From: a virus
Taxonomy: Duplodnaviria > Caudoviricetes
Strand: one strand, 5' to 3'
IMG/VR virus record: IMGVR_UViG_2623620512_000004
Coordinates: 8,375 to 72,374 of that record
Length of the DNA stretch: 64,000 bases
Positions within the stretch are counted from its first letter, which is position 1. The number at the start of each line of letters is the position of its first letter. Below, piece after piece: positions 19,088 through 29,097 of this stretch. Position numbers and translations under genes: made by a program. The notes under the pieces were generated by a model, which made no database searches, was not told the DNA's origin, and was given only the letters and a program-made list of their open reading frames with translations.

Positions 19088-20665
19088 TTACGCATTAGCG
19101 GCCTGCTCAACTGCGATGGTAGCAGTCTTGGTGCCGACAGTTACGGTTACTACGCCAGTACGCTTAGGAGCACTGTCTGCGCTGTTAGCAGCGACCTTGA
19201 CGGTCACCTTACCACTTGCATAGGATGGAGTAATCCAAGCCTCATCAGCGGCTACAGTGGGCGTGTTGGTCTTATCGTTGGTGTCAACGACTACCTGCTG
19301 ACCTGTGCTGTCAGCCTCCTTGGCGAAGGTCAGACTTGCAGGGGTGCAAACAGGGAAGTAGACAACCTTCTTCAACAGCTTCTTCTCATCAGCATCACTC
19401 AGAGAGTTAATGGCTGCGACAACCTTGTTATCGGAATCGGTAGCCTTCAACTTCTTGCCGAATGTGTTCAGAGCGGTAACCATTTCAGACTTGTTGTACT
19501 TCTTACCCTCGTAGTTTACGGTAACGTCCTGTGTATCGGCTTCCTCTGCGTCCTCATCGACCTCACCAGACTTGGTTTCGGTGCAGTCCAGAACGTAAAT
19601 CTGGTCAACGTCCTCGATAACAGGAGCGACAAGAGCCTGACCGTTGGTGAACTCCTGCAGCGGGTCTGTCTTAGAGTACTTGCTAATCAGCTTGTAATCG
19701 TCAACAGTCGCATACTTGACACCGGGGACAGGACGTGAAGCCTCTGCCAGAGTACCCCAGACAAGAGAGCCAACTTCCTCGTTGCAGAGGAAAATGATAC
19801 GCTCTGCGTTCCAAGGCTTGATGGACTTCTGCTTACCATTCTTCTCGATGGTAACGGAACGGTCGACCTCTTCGAGTTTCATATCAAACTCATCCTCGAA
19901 GGCGGCAATGAACTTCTTCTTGCCAGGAACTTTGAGGGTAGTTGAATCGGTATAGACCTTATCCTCGGCATCAGCAACCAGTTCGCGAGCCCAACGCTCC
20001 TTGCGGATTTCGTTCAGCTTCGAGGTGGCCATCATGACCTTAACGATGGTGTTACCATCATCATCGGCCTTCTTCTTGATGTTCTCGAAGTCCTCGTAAC
20101 TGACGTGACCCTTGACGATAGTACCGAAGGTGTTCTCTTCGAAGTAACCATAGTCAAGACGCAGACCAGTACCAGTGTTCTCTTCATCCTCGACAACTAC
20201 GACACCTTCTGAAAGGGCGGTAAGGAAGTTAGCCTCGTTCTTCTCATCAATACCTACAGAGCAAGCGACAGCATCCTCAGTGAGGTTCTTGATGATACGA
20301 GCCTTCTCAGCCTTGCGGGCCTCATCAGTGGTTGCGGAGAGGTAGTGAGCCTTCATGATGTCGATGGTGTTCATTTCGGTCTCACGCATCTGCTTCTTCA
20401 TACCTACCTTCGGCAGTTTGCCGTTCGAGGTAGCCAGACTACCACGCTTCTTGATGGGCAGTGGAGAATCCATAGCCACCATGTCAGCGGCTACATACGT
20501 AGTCTTAGCACTTGTGCCCTCCCACTTCTGGTCTGGAGAGTACACCTTGCGAAGCATCGTCTTGTGGAGATAGGTGCGCTTCTTAGGCTCAACTTTCTCC
20601 TTCACATACAGAGACAGCTTATTCCAAAGCCCTCTGATAAACTCAATGTAAAGTGATTCGTTCAT
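19088..20665 (-). CDS. Major capsid protein with a C-terminal BACON/Ig-like domain
   Basis: AADMVAMDSPLPIKKR and KLISKYSKTDPLQEFT capsid motifs; C-terminal W(I)T....VTVKVAAN....RTGVVTV..TIAVEQ. Confidence 0.85.
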   Translation of the reverse strand: MNESLYIEFIRGLWNKLSLYVKEKVEPKKRTYLHKTMLRKVYSPDQKWEGTSAKTTYVAADMVAMDSPLPIKKRGSLATSNGKLPKVGMKKQMRETEMNTIDIMKAHYLSATTDEARKAEKARIIKNLTEDAVACSVGIDEKNEANFLTALSEGVVVVEDEENTGTGLRLDYGYFEENTFGTIVKGHVSYEDFENIKKKADDDGNTIVKVMMATSKLNEIRKERWARELVADAEDKVYTDSTTLKVPGKKKFIAAFEDEFDMKLEEVDRSVTIEKNGKQKSIKPWNAERIIFLCNEEVGSLVWGTLAEASRPVPGVKYATVDDYKLISKYSKTDPLQEFTNGQALVAPVIEDVDQIYVLDCTETKSGEVDEDAEEADTQDVTVNYEGKKYNKSEMVTALNTFGKKLKATDSDNKVVAAINSLSDADEKKLLKKVVYFPVCTPASLTFAKEADSTGQQVVVDTNDKTNTPTVAADEAWITPSYASGKVTVKVAANSADSAPKRTGVVTVTVGTKTATIAVEQAANA

Positions 20666-20677
20666 GATCTAAAACTT

Positions 20678-21100
20678 TTAATCGTGTTCGAAAATGAGGT
20701 TAGGCAGAGCGGCCAGAACGGCTGCACGCTGAGTGGCATCGGCAAACTGGTAAGGCATAGCCTCATCATTTACACGACCATCATCCATAATGCCGACCAT
20801 TGCTTCATCGGCAGGCTTAGAGGCAACTACGACACCTGCATACGAGTGGCTTGCAGGCAGCGAAGCGTAGTGAATACCGTCATCGGCAACAGGCATGGGC
20901 TTGAACGTGTAGTTCTTGCCGTCCTCATCAAGGACTTTGATGACCAGATGGCCAGCCTTGATGGCGGTTCCTGTGAAGCCAGTCATATCGAGTGAGCGGC
21001 CACCAGTGATACCAGAACCATAATGACGGATAACAACAGAATCAAGTTCAGCGACAACATTCATGCCGTTGAACTTTCCGAGATTGGTTTTTGCTCCCAT
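20678..21100 (-). CDS. Head decoration protein
   Basis: 140 aa with ITGGRSLD..G...IKAGH; lies between scaffold and capsid genes. Confidence 0.65.
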   Translation of the reverse strand: MGAKTNLGKFNGMNVVAELDSVVIRHYGSGITGGRSLDMTGFTGTAIKAGHLVIKVLDEDGKNYTFKPMPVADDGIHYASLPASHSYAGVVVASKPADEAMVGIMDDGRVNDEAMPYQFADATQRAAVLAALPNLIFEHD

Positions 21101-21135
21101 TGTTTCTTTTGGTTTTAATGTTTAACTTAGGATGG

Positions 21136-21879
21136 TTAGCCTTTAGCCAGAGCCTTGACTTCCTCATCCGACATTTCTTCTTCGTCATCATGGACGGTGT
21201 CTGCTCCCTTGCTTCTTACGGCAGGAGGTGTGCCGAGTTTCTCGAGACCCTTTTCCTGTCTCTCCTTGTTCTCAGCGTCAAGGTCGTTCTGAATCTCGTC
21301 CAGATAGTCCTCGAACTCTTCATCATCCTTGAATGACATACGGGCGAAAGATTTGAGAGTACGTTCACCGAACTTGCCTGTGTTCTTGACAAGTGCCTCC
21401 ACCTTGGCCTTGCGGCTGTTGGCAGTGTTGCCTTGCTTCAGTTCCGTAATTTCGGATTTGAGACCCTTGATGGTTTCGGTCATCTCGCCAAGAAGTTTCT
21501 CAATACCAGACTGGTTCTTGTTGCCCTTACCCTTCTTGTCTTTCTTGGACGGACTCTTACGTGTCGTGGTGGTGTCTGGCTCGTCATCATCATCGTCATC
21601 GTCATCATCGTCATCGTCTGAATCGGCAGGATGGGTGTTAATGTACTCTTGGAGGCGGCGGTCTGCCATTGTCTGAGCAAACTGCAACATAGACGTGGCG
21701 GCATCAATCTCATCGTCAATCGCCTTTGTTACATCTTCGTCAGTGGCATCATCTTCGAGGTCAAGTTTATCGGCAACTTTGGCAGCGATACCCTTTAACT
21801 CCTTACGGCTGAACCCGAGTGCCTTAATCTCCTTTCTCGTTTTCAGCACTTCCAGAACTTTTTTAAAATACTTGTTCAT
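21136..21879 (-). CDS. Capsid scaffolding protein
   Basis: Charged coiled-coil with a poly-Asp tract; start re-assigned to MNKYFKK at 21879. Confidence 0.7.
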   Translation of the reverse strand: MNKYFKKVLEVLKTRKEIKALGFSRKELKGIAAKVADKLDLEDDATDEDVTKAIDDEIDAATSMLQFAQTMADRRLQEYINTHPADSDDDDDDDDDDDDEPDTTTTRKSPSKKDKKGKGNKNQSGIEKLLGEMTETIKGLKSEITELKQGNTANSRKAKVEALVKNTGKFGERTLKSFARMSFKDDEEFEDYLDEIQNDLDAENKERQEKGLEKLGTPPAVRSKGADTVHDDEEEMSDEEVKALAKG

Positions 21880-22130
21880 TGTGTATAAAATTTTGTTGTT
21901 TAAATGGTCTGCGAGTGGGGAACACAGGCAGACCATCAACAAAAGCACTTCGAGCAAAGTATCATTTGTTCAGTTCTGTCACGTGCACAACACACGCTTT
22001 CAGCCGCAAAGATAGTTAAACTTATTTGAAAAACAAATACTTTTCACATTTTTTTTGAGAAAAACATAAAAAAAGGGGCAAAAGTGCCTAAAACACCCTG
22101 CTCCTTTGTGCGCTGTGAGGGAAAATGTAC

Positions 22131-22454
22131 TTAGCGTTTCGTTTGAGGCCGTTTGCGTTCGCTGTGAGACGTTTTTGGCTCTGAGGTGGCAAATAGGTTG
22201 CGGATGGCTTTTTGATTCGCTCTGTGCTTCGTTAAAAGGACACGGAGAAAAACACGATCGTTGCAGGATGATAGCAATTCATTAAGACTGTCATCATCCA
22301 GATTGTCAAACAGGCTGTGGTCGGTAAAGAAGGCAACGTCCTCTTTCTGGGTTCTGAGGTTCTTCCTTACAACCTTGAAAGTCTGAGGCTCCGATGCGAA
22401 GTCATATACGCTGTACTCTGAGCCGTAGGTGGTGGTCTGTGCTAACAGTGTCAT
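22131..22454 (-). CDS. Hypothetical protein (early island)
   Basis: 107-aa ORF overlapping the upstream stop. Confidence 0.45.
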   Translation of the reverse strand: MTLLAQTTTYGSEYSVYDFASEPQTFKVVRKNLRTQKEDVAFFTDHSLFDNLDDDSLNELLSSCNDRVFLRVLLTKHRANQKAIRNLFATSEPKTSHSERKRPQTKR

Positions 22455-22987
22455 CGTATTTCCTCCACATCGTTTAGGGTTGCCTCACCAACGAGGAAAA
22501 GGACATCACCATCGTGGGTCTGCCAGTCGCTCATGAGCACCTTGACCTCATGCTCAATGAAATCGGCCTCTGCCTCTTCCTCAGTACATTCACTCTCTCG
22601 CCATTCCCAGTGCTTGAAATTATCCTTCAGACGGTTCTTGACAAGTTCCTCGGCACCTTTCTCCAAAGCCTGTAGGCTGTTGAAAATACCCATCAGCACC
22701 AGACTGTCATTGGAGAGGTGGCTGTCACCCTCCCAGATAAGGTACACCTTGTCTTTCTTGGCCATGTCTGCGAACTCCGATGCCAGGACATTGAAGAACA
22801 TACTCTTGACTTCTTCCTCATTGGCATCTGGGTAGTCCGTTCCGATAATCAGCTGACAGTTGCCTGCATTGTTCGACCAGTCAATCATGAAACTGTAGAA
22901 ACTCCTACCTTCCAGTTTGTCCTTGATGGCCTTGCAGTCACTCTCACACAGGTAGCCTAAATCGTTTCCTAAAAATACTTCTATCAT
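22451..22987 (-). CDS. Hypothetical acidic protein (early island)
   Basis: AAGAGCA-ATG start. Confidence 0.65.
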   Translation of the reverse strand: MIEVFLGNDLGYLCESDCKAIKDKLEGRSFYSFMIDWSNNAGNCQLIIGTDYPDANEEEVKSMFFNVLASEFADMAKKDKVYLIWEGDSHLSNDSLVLMGIFNSLQALEKGAEELVKNRLKDNFKHWEWRESECTEEEAEADFIEHEVKVLMSDWQTHDGDVLFLVGEATLNDVEEIR

Positions 22988-22999
22988 TGCTCTTACAGT

Positions 23000-23194
23000 T
23001 TAAAGTTCATCATCATCATAGTCATCTGATTCTTCCTCTATTTCCTCATCGGCTACCAGACCATCGTATATCTCATCTATTGAATCTGATGGCAGATAGT
23101 TACACACTGCGATAGCAACCTTCTCGCTACCATTCTCTGTGAGCCAGTTATATACTGCCTCTTCCTTCTCACTGTTGAAACCGTTTCTTGTCAT
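23000..23194 (-). CDS. Small acidic hypothetical protein
   Basis: AGAGCA-ATG start. Confidence 0.6.
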   Translation of the reverse strand: MTRNGFNSEKEEAVYNWLTENGSEKVAIAVCNYLPSDSIDEIYDGLVADEEIEEESDDYDDDEL

Positions 23195-23213
23195 TGCTCT
23201 ATTCTTTTAAGGG

Positions 23214-23465
23214 TTAATCTTTCAATTCTACTGCGGTCATTCCTCCATCCTTGATGTCAAATGCTCTGTTCAGTGCATTCACAAGAGACTTGATCGTTTT
23301 CGGGTGCTCTGGGATGGAGGCTTTGTAGGAGTGGCCAACCTTCAGCGTGTAACTGAAATACTCGGTCAGTTCCTCTACTGTTCCTGTAACTTCCTTAGTC
23401 TCTGTGGGGCGGCTACCGAAGAACATTCTTGTTCTGGTAAGGGTATAGACTTTCTTCTCTTTCAT
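23214..23465 (-). CDS. Hypothetical protein
   Basis: 83-aa ORF in the island operon. Confidence 0.6.
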   Translation of the reverse strand: MKEKKVYTLTRTRMFFGSRPTETKEVTGTVEELTEYFSYTLKVGHSYKASIPEHPKTIKSLVNALNRAFDIKDGGMTAVELKD

Positions 23466-23467
23466 AA

Positions 23468-23773
23468 TCAGATTCGCTTTACTGAGTTAGACATTACGTA
23501 GGTCTTAACGGCCAGAGGCAAACAGGTGTCGTAACTGATGCGAGTGTTGTTCTTTATCTCCCAGACATCTGCTGCATTGCTGCCTTCCAAATCCAGAACG
23601 AGCACAAGGAATCCTGCCTGTGCCTTGTTCATCATCTCCTGCAGGGCATCCAGACAGTTCAATCCTGTGTAGGCTGATTCACGTACCTTTGTGTCTCTGT
23701 TGAACGCATAGACGCAAAACTCTCCCTTGGTCTGCTTGTAATAGTCAAGCACTTTCTTCTGACTGTAATTCAT
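23468..23773 (-). CDS. Hypothetical protein
   Basis: AAGAGCA-ATG start. Confidence 0.6.
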   Translation of the reverse strand: MNYSQKKVLDYYKQTKGEFCVYAFNRDTKVRESAYTGLNCLDALQEMMNKAQAGFLVLVLDLEGSNAADVWEIKNNTRISYDTCLPLAVKTYVMSNSVKRI

Positions 23774-23790
23774 TGCTCTTATTCTTTTGG

Positions 23791-24129
23791 TTAAAAATCA
23801 ATCTTCTCAAATCCGTAGTCATCTACGTAGTAGGCTGTTCCGTCCAGAACCACTACGTCTGATACTGAAAGACTGTGGCCAGTGTAACCTTCTGGCTTCT
23901 CTCCTTGGAACTTCATGTACAGGTATTCGAGAGTGACGATGGCTTCCTCATTCTCACCTACCTCTGTCTGTCCCTCATAGACTTTCTCATACAGGTCGCT
24001 GTCGAGTTTGCAGAGGTCACCGCTCATGGTGCAAAGGTCATTCTCCTTTACGAAGTCCAAACTTGAAAACATGATGTAACGTCCATTGGGGGCGTCATCC
24101 TTAATCTGATAAATGCTGTACGATTTCAT
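23791..24129 (-). CDS. YodL-like domain protein
   Basis: YSIYQIK...YEKVYEG...GHSLSVSDVVVL...YYVDDYGF. Confidence 0.8.
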   Translation of the reverse strand: MKSYSIYQIKDDAPNGRYIMFSSLDFVKENDLCTMSGDLCKLDSDLYEKVYEGQTEVGENEEAIVTLEYLYMKFQGEKPEGYTGHSLSVSDVVVLDGTAYYVDDYGFEKIDF

Positions 24130-24160
24130 TGCTCTTATACTTTTATATTATTATATGCGG

Positions 24161-24445
24161 TTTGCACTGGCAAAGTTAGCCAATAATTTCTGAATATCAA
24201 AACGATAAAACATTTAATTTCAGTACATTACAGAAGTTTAACGATTGACTTCAAAAGGCCAAATTCATAATTTCTTACAGGATTTTGACAAGAAAATCGA
24301 AATTCGCAAGGTGGCCGAAATTTCTTGCTTGTGGATAAGTATAAAGGGGGTTCGTTTGCGAACTGGCAGGGAACTTTATATTAAGAATTTAACAGGAGGT
24401 TAACTTAACTGAGCCTTAACAAAGTTAATGGGTGTCAAAATGGCC
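24161..24445 (-). repeat. ~300-bp early promoter/upstream repeat block, copy 1
   Basis: Promoter CGTTTTGATATTCAGAA..TAACTTTGCCAG; core GGATAAGTATAAAGGGGGT at 24333-24351 is shared with 35325 and 48988. Confidence 0.8.
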
Positions 24446-24497
24446 TTTCAGCAGCATCTTGGCACCCATTTATGGTACAGTAAAAATTTTCAACTTG

Positions 24498-24686
24498 CTA
24501 TTTCTTATTCGAGAATCCGTATGTACTATTGATGACAGTTCCTTCCTTGTCATATTCATTGATGGTGAATCTGTAAGCGTCCTTCTCTTCACACGGCTTA
24601 CCTTCCCTGTCAGTGAAGGAAATCTCGGCATACTCACCACCATTTGGCGTAGGGCCATCTATTCGTTTTATTAACTTCTTCTCCAT
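24498..24686 (-). CDS. Small protein downstream of the MuF toxin (candidate immunity or partner protein)
   Basis: 62 aa with its own TAACTTTGC promoter box at about 24705-24713. Confidence 0.55.
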   Translation of the reverse strand: MEKKLIKRIDGPTPNGGEYAEISFTDREGKPCEEKDAYRFTINEYDKEGTVINSTYGFSNKK

Positions 24687-24753
24687 GAGATATAGTATTT
24701 CGTTGCAAAGTTACGATGAATTTTCTTAAGTTCCAAACGTTTAACGAAGTTTA

Positions 24754-26943
24754 TCAATTATCCAGAATTTCCTTCAAAATCTTGTATCTGTTGGGGAACA
24801 TCTTCTTGAACCATCCTCTGTCTAAGTGATACCATTCCATTGATTCAGCAAAGTCCTCGGATGCAGAGTTTTCTCCATAGACAGTAGGAGAAGCGAGGTT
24901 ACTTTTCTTCTGGTCGAGAGACATAGCTTCACTCCACCTTTTTCTTCCGCTTACAGAGTGCATCATCCTGTCAATATTGTGGCCTGTCTCATGGTAGAGA
25001 GTATTCCTTGCTGTCGTAACCTCTCCAACGCTGCCTGCCGCTTCTGATGCAGTGTTGCGATAGAAGGTAACAACACCATCACCTCCAGTTGCAAATGAAT
25101 TGGTGAAATCCTTATAAACTTTCTTCCAATACACATCGTCTGGATTCTCGAAGTCTGCCAGATGCACCTCCTTGATGGATGCCTGCAACTTATTTGGCAA
25201 CTGTTCGATTGCTTCTGCTATCTGATATGGTGTGAAGTGTTGGCCATCAGTATTCAAGTCCTCTGGAACGTATATCTTAATACCTCCCCTTGTCTCATAT
25301 ATTGTGCAGTTTCTCTTTGTTCCTTTTATAGAGAAACCATCAACACGACCAACATTTCTGGCAGTATCTTCGTTGGCATTCTTGGAAACCTTCTTGGTAT
25401 AAGACTTAGTAGTGCTGTTGATAGTCTTGACGTCAGAAGTAAAGATGTAACTCTCCCATTTGTCTTTGAGGCCGCTTACAGTTTTCTTCATCTGGGTAAT
25501 AGCGGTTTTCTTTATTGCCATTACGTCTATAGGCTTGGCTTTGTACCATTCGTCTAACACTGAGATTGTTTCCTTGCCAACTTCACTATACAGCTTCGCC
25601 TGTGACCTCAACTGGCCAATCGTTCTGATTTTAGAGTTATACGCTTCTGCCTTTTCTATTACCTTTGCTTTGGCGGCTTCGTATTTCTCTTCCCATCCAA
25701 CAATATCATAGACTTTGTTTATCTTCAAATCAGATGTGGCAATCCATGTTTCAAAGTCGGATATGTTGACACCGTACTCCTTGGCATTTCGTCTGAGACT
25801 TGACAGGGACCAGTTTTCTCCTGTTTCGTATATTATCCTTCTGTTATTCGCTGCTCTGGTGATTCTTTCAATATCCTCCTTTGTCCTTGCAGCATGGCGT
25901 ATGGCCGCTGCATCCTTTGGCGTATATTTCAAATACTGAGGGTTGTCCTTGATGAAGTAGGGAAGCGTACCTCTATCCTCTGCATCCTCAATTCGTTTCC
26001 TATTACTTACTATCCATTCCTTGTAGTTCTTGGGAACATCAGTAATCATGTCCGGCTTCTCTCCTTCATCCTCCATGTTCCAGTACTCATCCTCGCTCAT
26101 GATGATGGGGATGGCATAGCACATATCGTTAGGGTGCCAACCAGTCCAGACAAAATCCTTCGGGTACTTGCCTGCCAATGAATCACAGATGTCATGTGCA
26201 GGATGGCTACCACTCAACTTTATCTCATAGCCTGTGATGAAGTCAAACTGCTTCCAACGCTCCTGCTCGGCAGTGCGATAGGCCATGTTGATTTCAGATC
26301 GTGCCAGACGGATGCTTCGATACTCGCAGTCATGGATATTCGCTGCCTTGCCGTAGGTTTCCCAATAGTCATGCTGTAGTGAAGGGTAGTCCTGCAGGTA
26401 CTTTGAGAGACGTTTTGACAACGTTATAGCCGACATTCCCTTCTCGATGGCATTGCTGATGGTGCAGGAAATTGCGGCCTCTGTTTCCCTCGTATATTCG
26501 TCAGCCTGTCCCCAGAGTTTGGCAGACAGATTCATTCCTCTGTCTCTGCGGTTCTGGAAGGCTTTGAGGGCATCACTGTTCGTCTGGTAGTACTTCTTGA
26601 AACGCTTGCCGTGTACCTGCGCCCGATAGTGCTTCAATACCTTGTTGGCCAACATATCCTGTATGAGGTTGGACTGCCGCCATTCCTCACCAGTGCCACG
26701 CATGATGACAGTCTGCAACTCACCAACGAACTGCGCCTGTATGTCCTTGACAGTCTCTCCTAACTCTGGATAGTTGCGGAAGAAAAATTCCGATGAGCCA
26801 TCATAACCAGAATCAATGGCCAACTCTGCTACTCGCCTGTTGGCAATATCATATATGCTCTGAACCTGCATGACATATTGTGTCAATCTGGAGTTCAGAG
26901 CATTATACGCTTTCTTCTGGTTCGGTGTCCTTACTCTTGCCAT
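24754..26943 (-). CDS. MuF-like minor head protein with a C-terminal zincin metallopeptidase domain
   Basis: RLARSEINMAYR, ICDSLAG and WHPNDMC MuF motifs; C-terminal HETGH...EDFAES. Confidence 0.85.
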   Translation of the reverse strand: MARVRTPNQKKAYNALNSRLTQYVMQVQSIYDIANRRVAELAIDSGYDGSSEFFFRNYPELGETVKDIQAQFVGELQTVIMRGTGEEWRQSNLIQDMLANKVLKHYRAQVHGKRFKKYYQTNSDALKAFQNRRDRGMNLSAKLWGQADEYTRETEAAISCTISNAIEKGMSAITLSKRLSKYLQDYPSLQHDYWETYGKAANIHDCEYRSIRLARSEINMAYRTAEQERWKQFDFITGYEIKLSGSHPAHDICDSLAGKYPKDFVWTGWHPNDMCYAIPIIMSEDEYWNMEDEGEKPDMITDVPKNYKEWIVSNRKRIEDAEDRGTLPYFIKDNPQYLKYTPKDAAAIRHAARTKEDIERITRAANNRRIIYETGENWSLSSLRRNAKEYGVNISDFETWIATSDLKINKVYDIVGWEEKYEAAKAKVIEKAEAYNSKIRTIGQLRSQAKLYSEVGKETISVLDEWYKAKPIDVMAIKKTAITQMKKTVSGLKDKWESYIFTSDVKTINSTTKSYTKKVSKNANEDTARNVGRVDGFSIKGTKRNCTIYETRGGIKIYVPEDLNTDGQHFTPYQIAEAIEQLPNKLQASIKEVHLADFENPDDVYWKKVYKDFTNSFATGGDGVVTFYRNTASEAAGSVGEVTTARNTLYHETGHNIDRMMHSVSGRKRWSEAMSLDQKKSNLASPTVYGENSASEDFAESMEWYHLDRGWFKKMFPNRYKILKEILDN

Positions 26944-27329
26944 TAACTTTCTTCCTTTATAAAGTCTGGTTCCGGCATCGTCTGGAGCCTGTAGGCGAGA
27001 ACGCTTGTCTTACCATCCAGAATGGCATGGCAGATGCGATGGTTGCCATCAGCAACATTGCCGTAGTTATCCAGAATGATAGGATATTTCTCATAGTCAG
27101 TTTCCAGAACTCTCTTCATCTGCCAGACGAAATCATCCATATTATCCAGAGGGAAATACTTGCTTGCCATATCATAGCAGGCAACAGGGTACTCGAACGG
27201 TTCCAGTTCTGCTTCATGGCAGGCACGTAGAAGGGTGGAGGCATACCACCACTTGTCACCTCTCTGGTAGCGGCTCTCTTCAAACGTCAGTTTGCCATAG
27301 GCGATGGCAGGGTATTTACTTGACTTCAT
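26943..27329 (-). CDS. ParB/Srx-like domain protein
   Basis: YPIILD..GNVADGNHRICHA motif. Confidence 0.7.
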   Translation of the reverse strand: MKSSKYPAIAYGKLTFEESRYQRGDKWWYASTLLRACHEAELEPFEYPVACYDMASKYFPLDNMDDFVWQMKRVLETDYEKYPIILDNYGNVADGNHRICHAILDGKTSVLAYRLQTMPEPDFIKEES

Positions 27330-27540
27330 TCCTTGGTTTGAAATTGATGCAACTTCTATCACTTAACAGGACGCAGAACTTTCCTTCCTTATAGTGGGGA
27401 CATCTGCCCATTGTCGGCTCTCCTTTAAGGTTGAGAGTGTGGAACTTGGTTTCTTCAACCACGTTCGCACACTCCCTACACCTGTGGTTTCCTACATCTT
27501 GGCCTTTAGGCTTCCTCGGTATCGGCTTTCGTGGGGACAT
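27316..27540 (-). CDS. Small Cys-rich (zinc-binding?) protein
   Basis: CREC...CP...C..F pattern. Confidence 0.55.
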   Translation of the reverse strand: MSPRKPIPRKPKGQDVGNHRCRECANVVEETKFHTLNLKGEPTMGRCPHYKEGKFCVLLSDRSCINFKPRNEVK

Positions 27541-27877
27541 AGACGTTCAGCCTTGATTCTACAATGGTCTGGCCGTGCTTGTTGTACGTCCGATACTCTA
27601 TCAGCTTGGAGGCCGTTTCAAAGATGGCCTTCTTCTGCTCTTCAAGGATAAGTTCAATGGTTCCAATCCTTGCAGCTTCATGGTTCTTCTCGTTGAACTC
27701 TTCCTTATAGCGGTTGATGTCTTTCTTAGTGATACCCCAAGCAGTACCAATCTGCTGTGCCTTGTAGTGCTTCAACTGCTGAACAAGACGCTTCTGAGCC
27801 TCTGGAGTGAGTTTGACGGCAAGCCAAATCAGCATATTGGCCATTGCCACTCTGATACGTTTGATGAACTTCTTCAT
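27506..27877 (-). CDS. Hypothetical protein
   Basis: 123-aa ORF in the operon. Confidence 0.5.
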   Translation of the reverse strand: MKKFIKRIRVAMANMLIWLAVKLTPEAQKRLVQQLKHYKAQQIGTAWGITKKDINRYKEEFNEKNHEAARIGTIELILEEQKKAIFETASKLIEYRTYNKHGQTIVESRLNVYVPTKADTEEA

Positions 27878-27882
27878 AATGC

Positions 27883-29061
27883 TTACTCTTTATCGTACAA
27901 CTTAACAATCTCTTTGAGGGTGATGTTATGGTCAAACACCTCAGTAATCATGCTCATGGCATCCTCTCCGAAGATAGGACCATTACACAACTGATGGAAA
28001 TCCAACTCTCCAAACGAGATATTCATTTCAATCAACGTGGGCTCACCATTCTCATTGATAGCGAAGTCCCAAGAGATAAGACGTGAGGCACCATAGAAGC
28101 GATAGGCCAGTTTCTCGGCCAGAGCAACACACTCCTTGAAGCCAGGAACCTCCATGCCTGCGAACTCGAAGCCCTGCGGATGGCGGTAGTACTTGTTAGC
28201 CGCTCCGTCATAGGCAACATCTTTCAAGTGGCCGTCATCAGTGATACCACAGACGATACCACCACTACTGCAGTTGTCAACACGGCTTCCGTCAACACCC
28301 ATTCTGAGCACCGATGACAGGGCTTTCACCTTGCAGTCTCGGAACATGGTCATCACACGGACGGTATTCACACTGGAGCCGTTAATCTTATAGAGTGCAG
28401 GGTGCTGTTTGAACACCTCCTGTACAATATACTGCTTATAGACGTTCGAGCCTTTGTAGTTCTCTGCGTTCTGGGTGTAGATGTAGTCAAGGAGCGATTC
28501 AACGCTGTCCGTCTCTGCATTCCAGAACTTGACACCATGGCCACCCCAAGAGCCGATAGCAGATTTGACGATGACTTCCTTCGCATCCTTGCAAATCTTG
28601 ATGAACTCTTCCAGAGAGATAGGCGAATAGTCAGCACCGAGATATACACCGTCCATCTTACGAGCGAGGGTCTTAGGACGGTTCACGTCTGGGAAATACA
28701 TATCGTACAGGTTCTTGTCATCAAGGGCTGTACTGCGCTGTGGATTGGTGAGGTATTCGTCAATGAACGCATAGAAGAAACTGTCTGGAATGTAGTACTT
28801 CAACTTCGACTTGTCTTTCTCGACAGCGTTATACACATCGTAATACTTCATGTTCAGAAGGCCATCGTGCCACATCAGCTTCTTTTCCCAGAAGGCCTTG
28901 ATTTCCTTGGCCTGCTCTGCACTGATGGGTGCGAGGTTGTTACGCTTCTGCTCTACTAAGGTGTCATAGGTTGCCAATCTCTGGATGGCGATTTTCTCAG
29001 AAAAGTCCTGCCGTGACACATAAGACAGTTCCTCTGAGTTGATGATGTCTTTTACATTCAT
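27883..29061 (-). CDS. Sugar-transfer-associated ATP-grasp protein
   Basis: LDDKN, SSVNTVRVMT, LRMG..GSRVDN.SSGG and ISWDFAI...LIEMN motifs. Confidence 0.8.
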   Translation of the reverse strand: MNVKDIINSEELSYVSRQDFSEKIAIQRLATYDTLVEQKRNNLAPISAEQAKEIKAFWEKKLMWHDGLLNMKYYDVYNAVEKDKSKLKYYIPDSFFYAFIDEYLTNPQRSTALDDKNLYDMYFPDVNRPKTLARKMDGVYLGADYSPISLEEFIKICKDAKEVIVKSAIGSWGGHGVKFWNAETDSVESLLDYIYTQNAENYKGSNVYKQYIVQEVFKQHPALYKINGSSVNTVRVMTMFRDCKVKALSSVLRMGVDGSRVDNCSSGGIVCGITDDGHLKDVAYDGAANKYYRHPQGFEFAGMEVPGFKECVALAEKLAYRFYGASRLISWDFAINENGEPTLIEMNISFGELDFHQLCNGPIFGEDAMSMITEVFDHNITLKEIVKLYDKE

Positions 29062-29097
29062 ACTTAACTTCGTTTAATTTAACAATATCATTGCTCT

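Noticed and set aside
21581-21620. (TCA/TCG)n microsatellite
   Set aside because: It encodes an in-frame poly-Asp linker of the scaffold protein; the mixed codons argue against a slippage switch.
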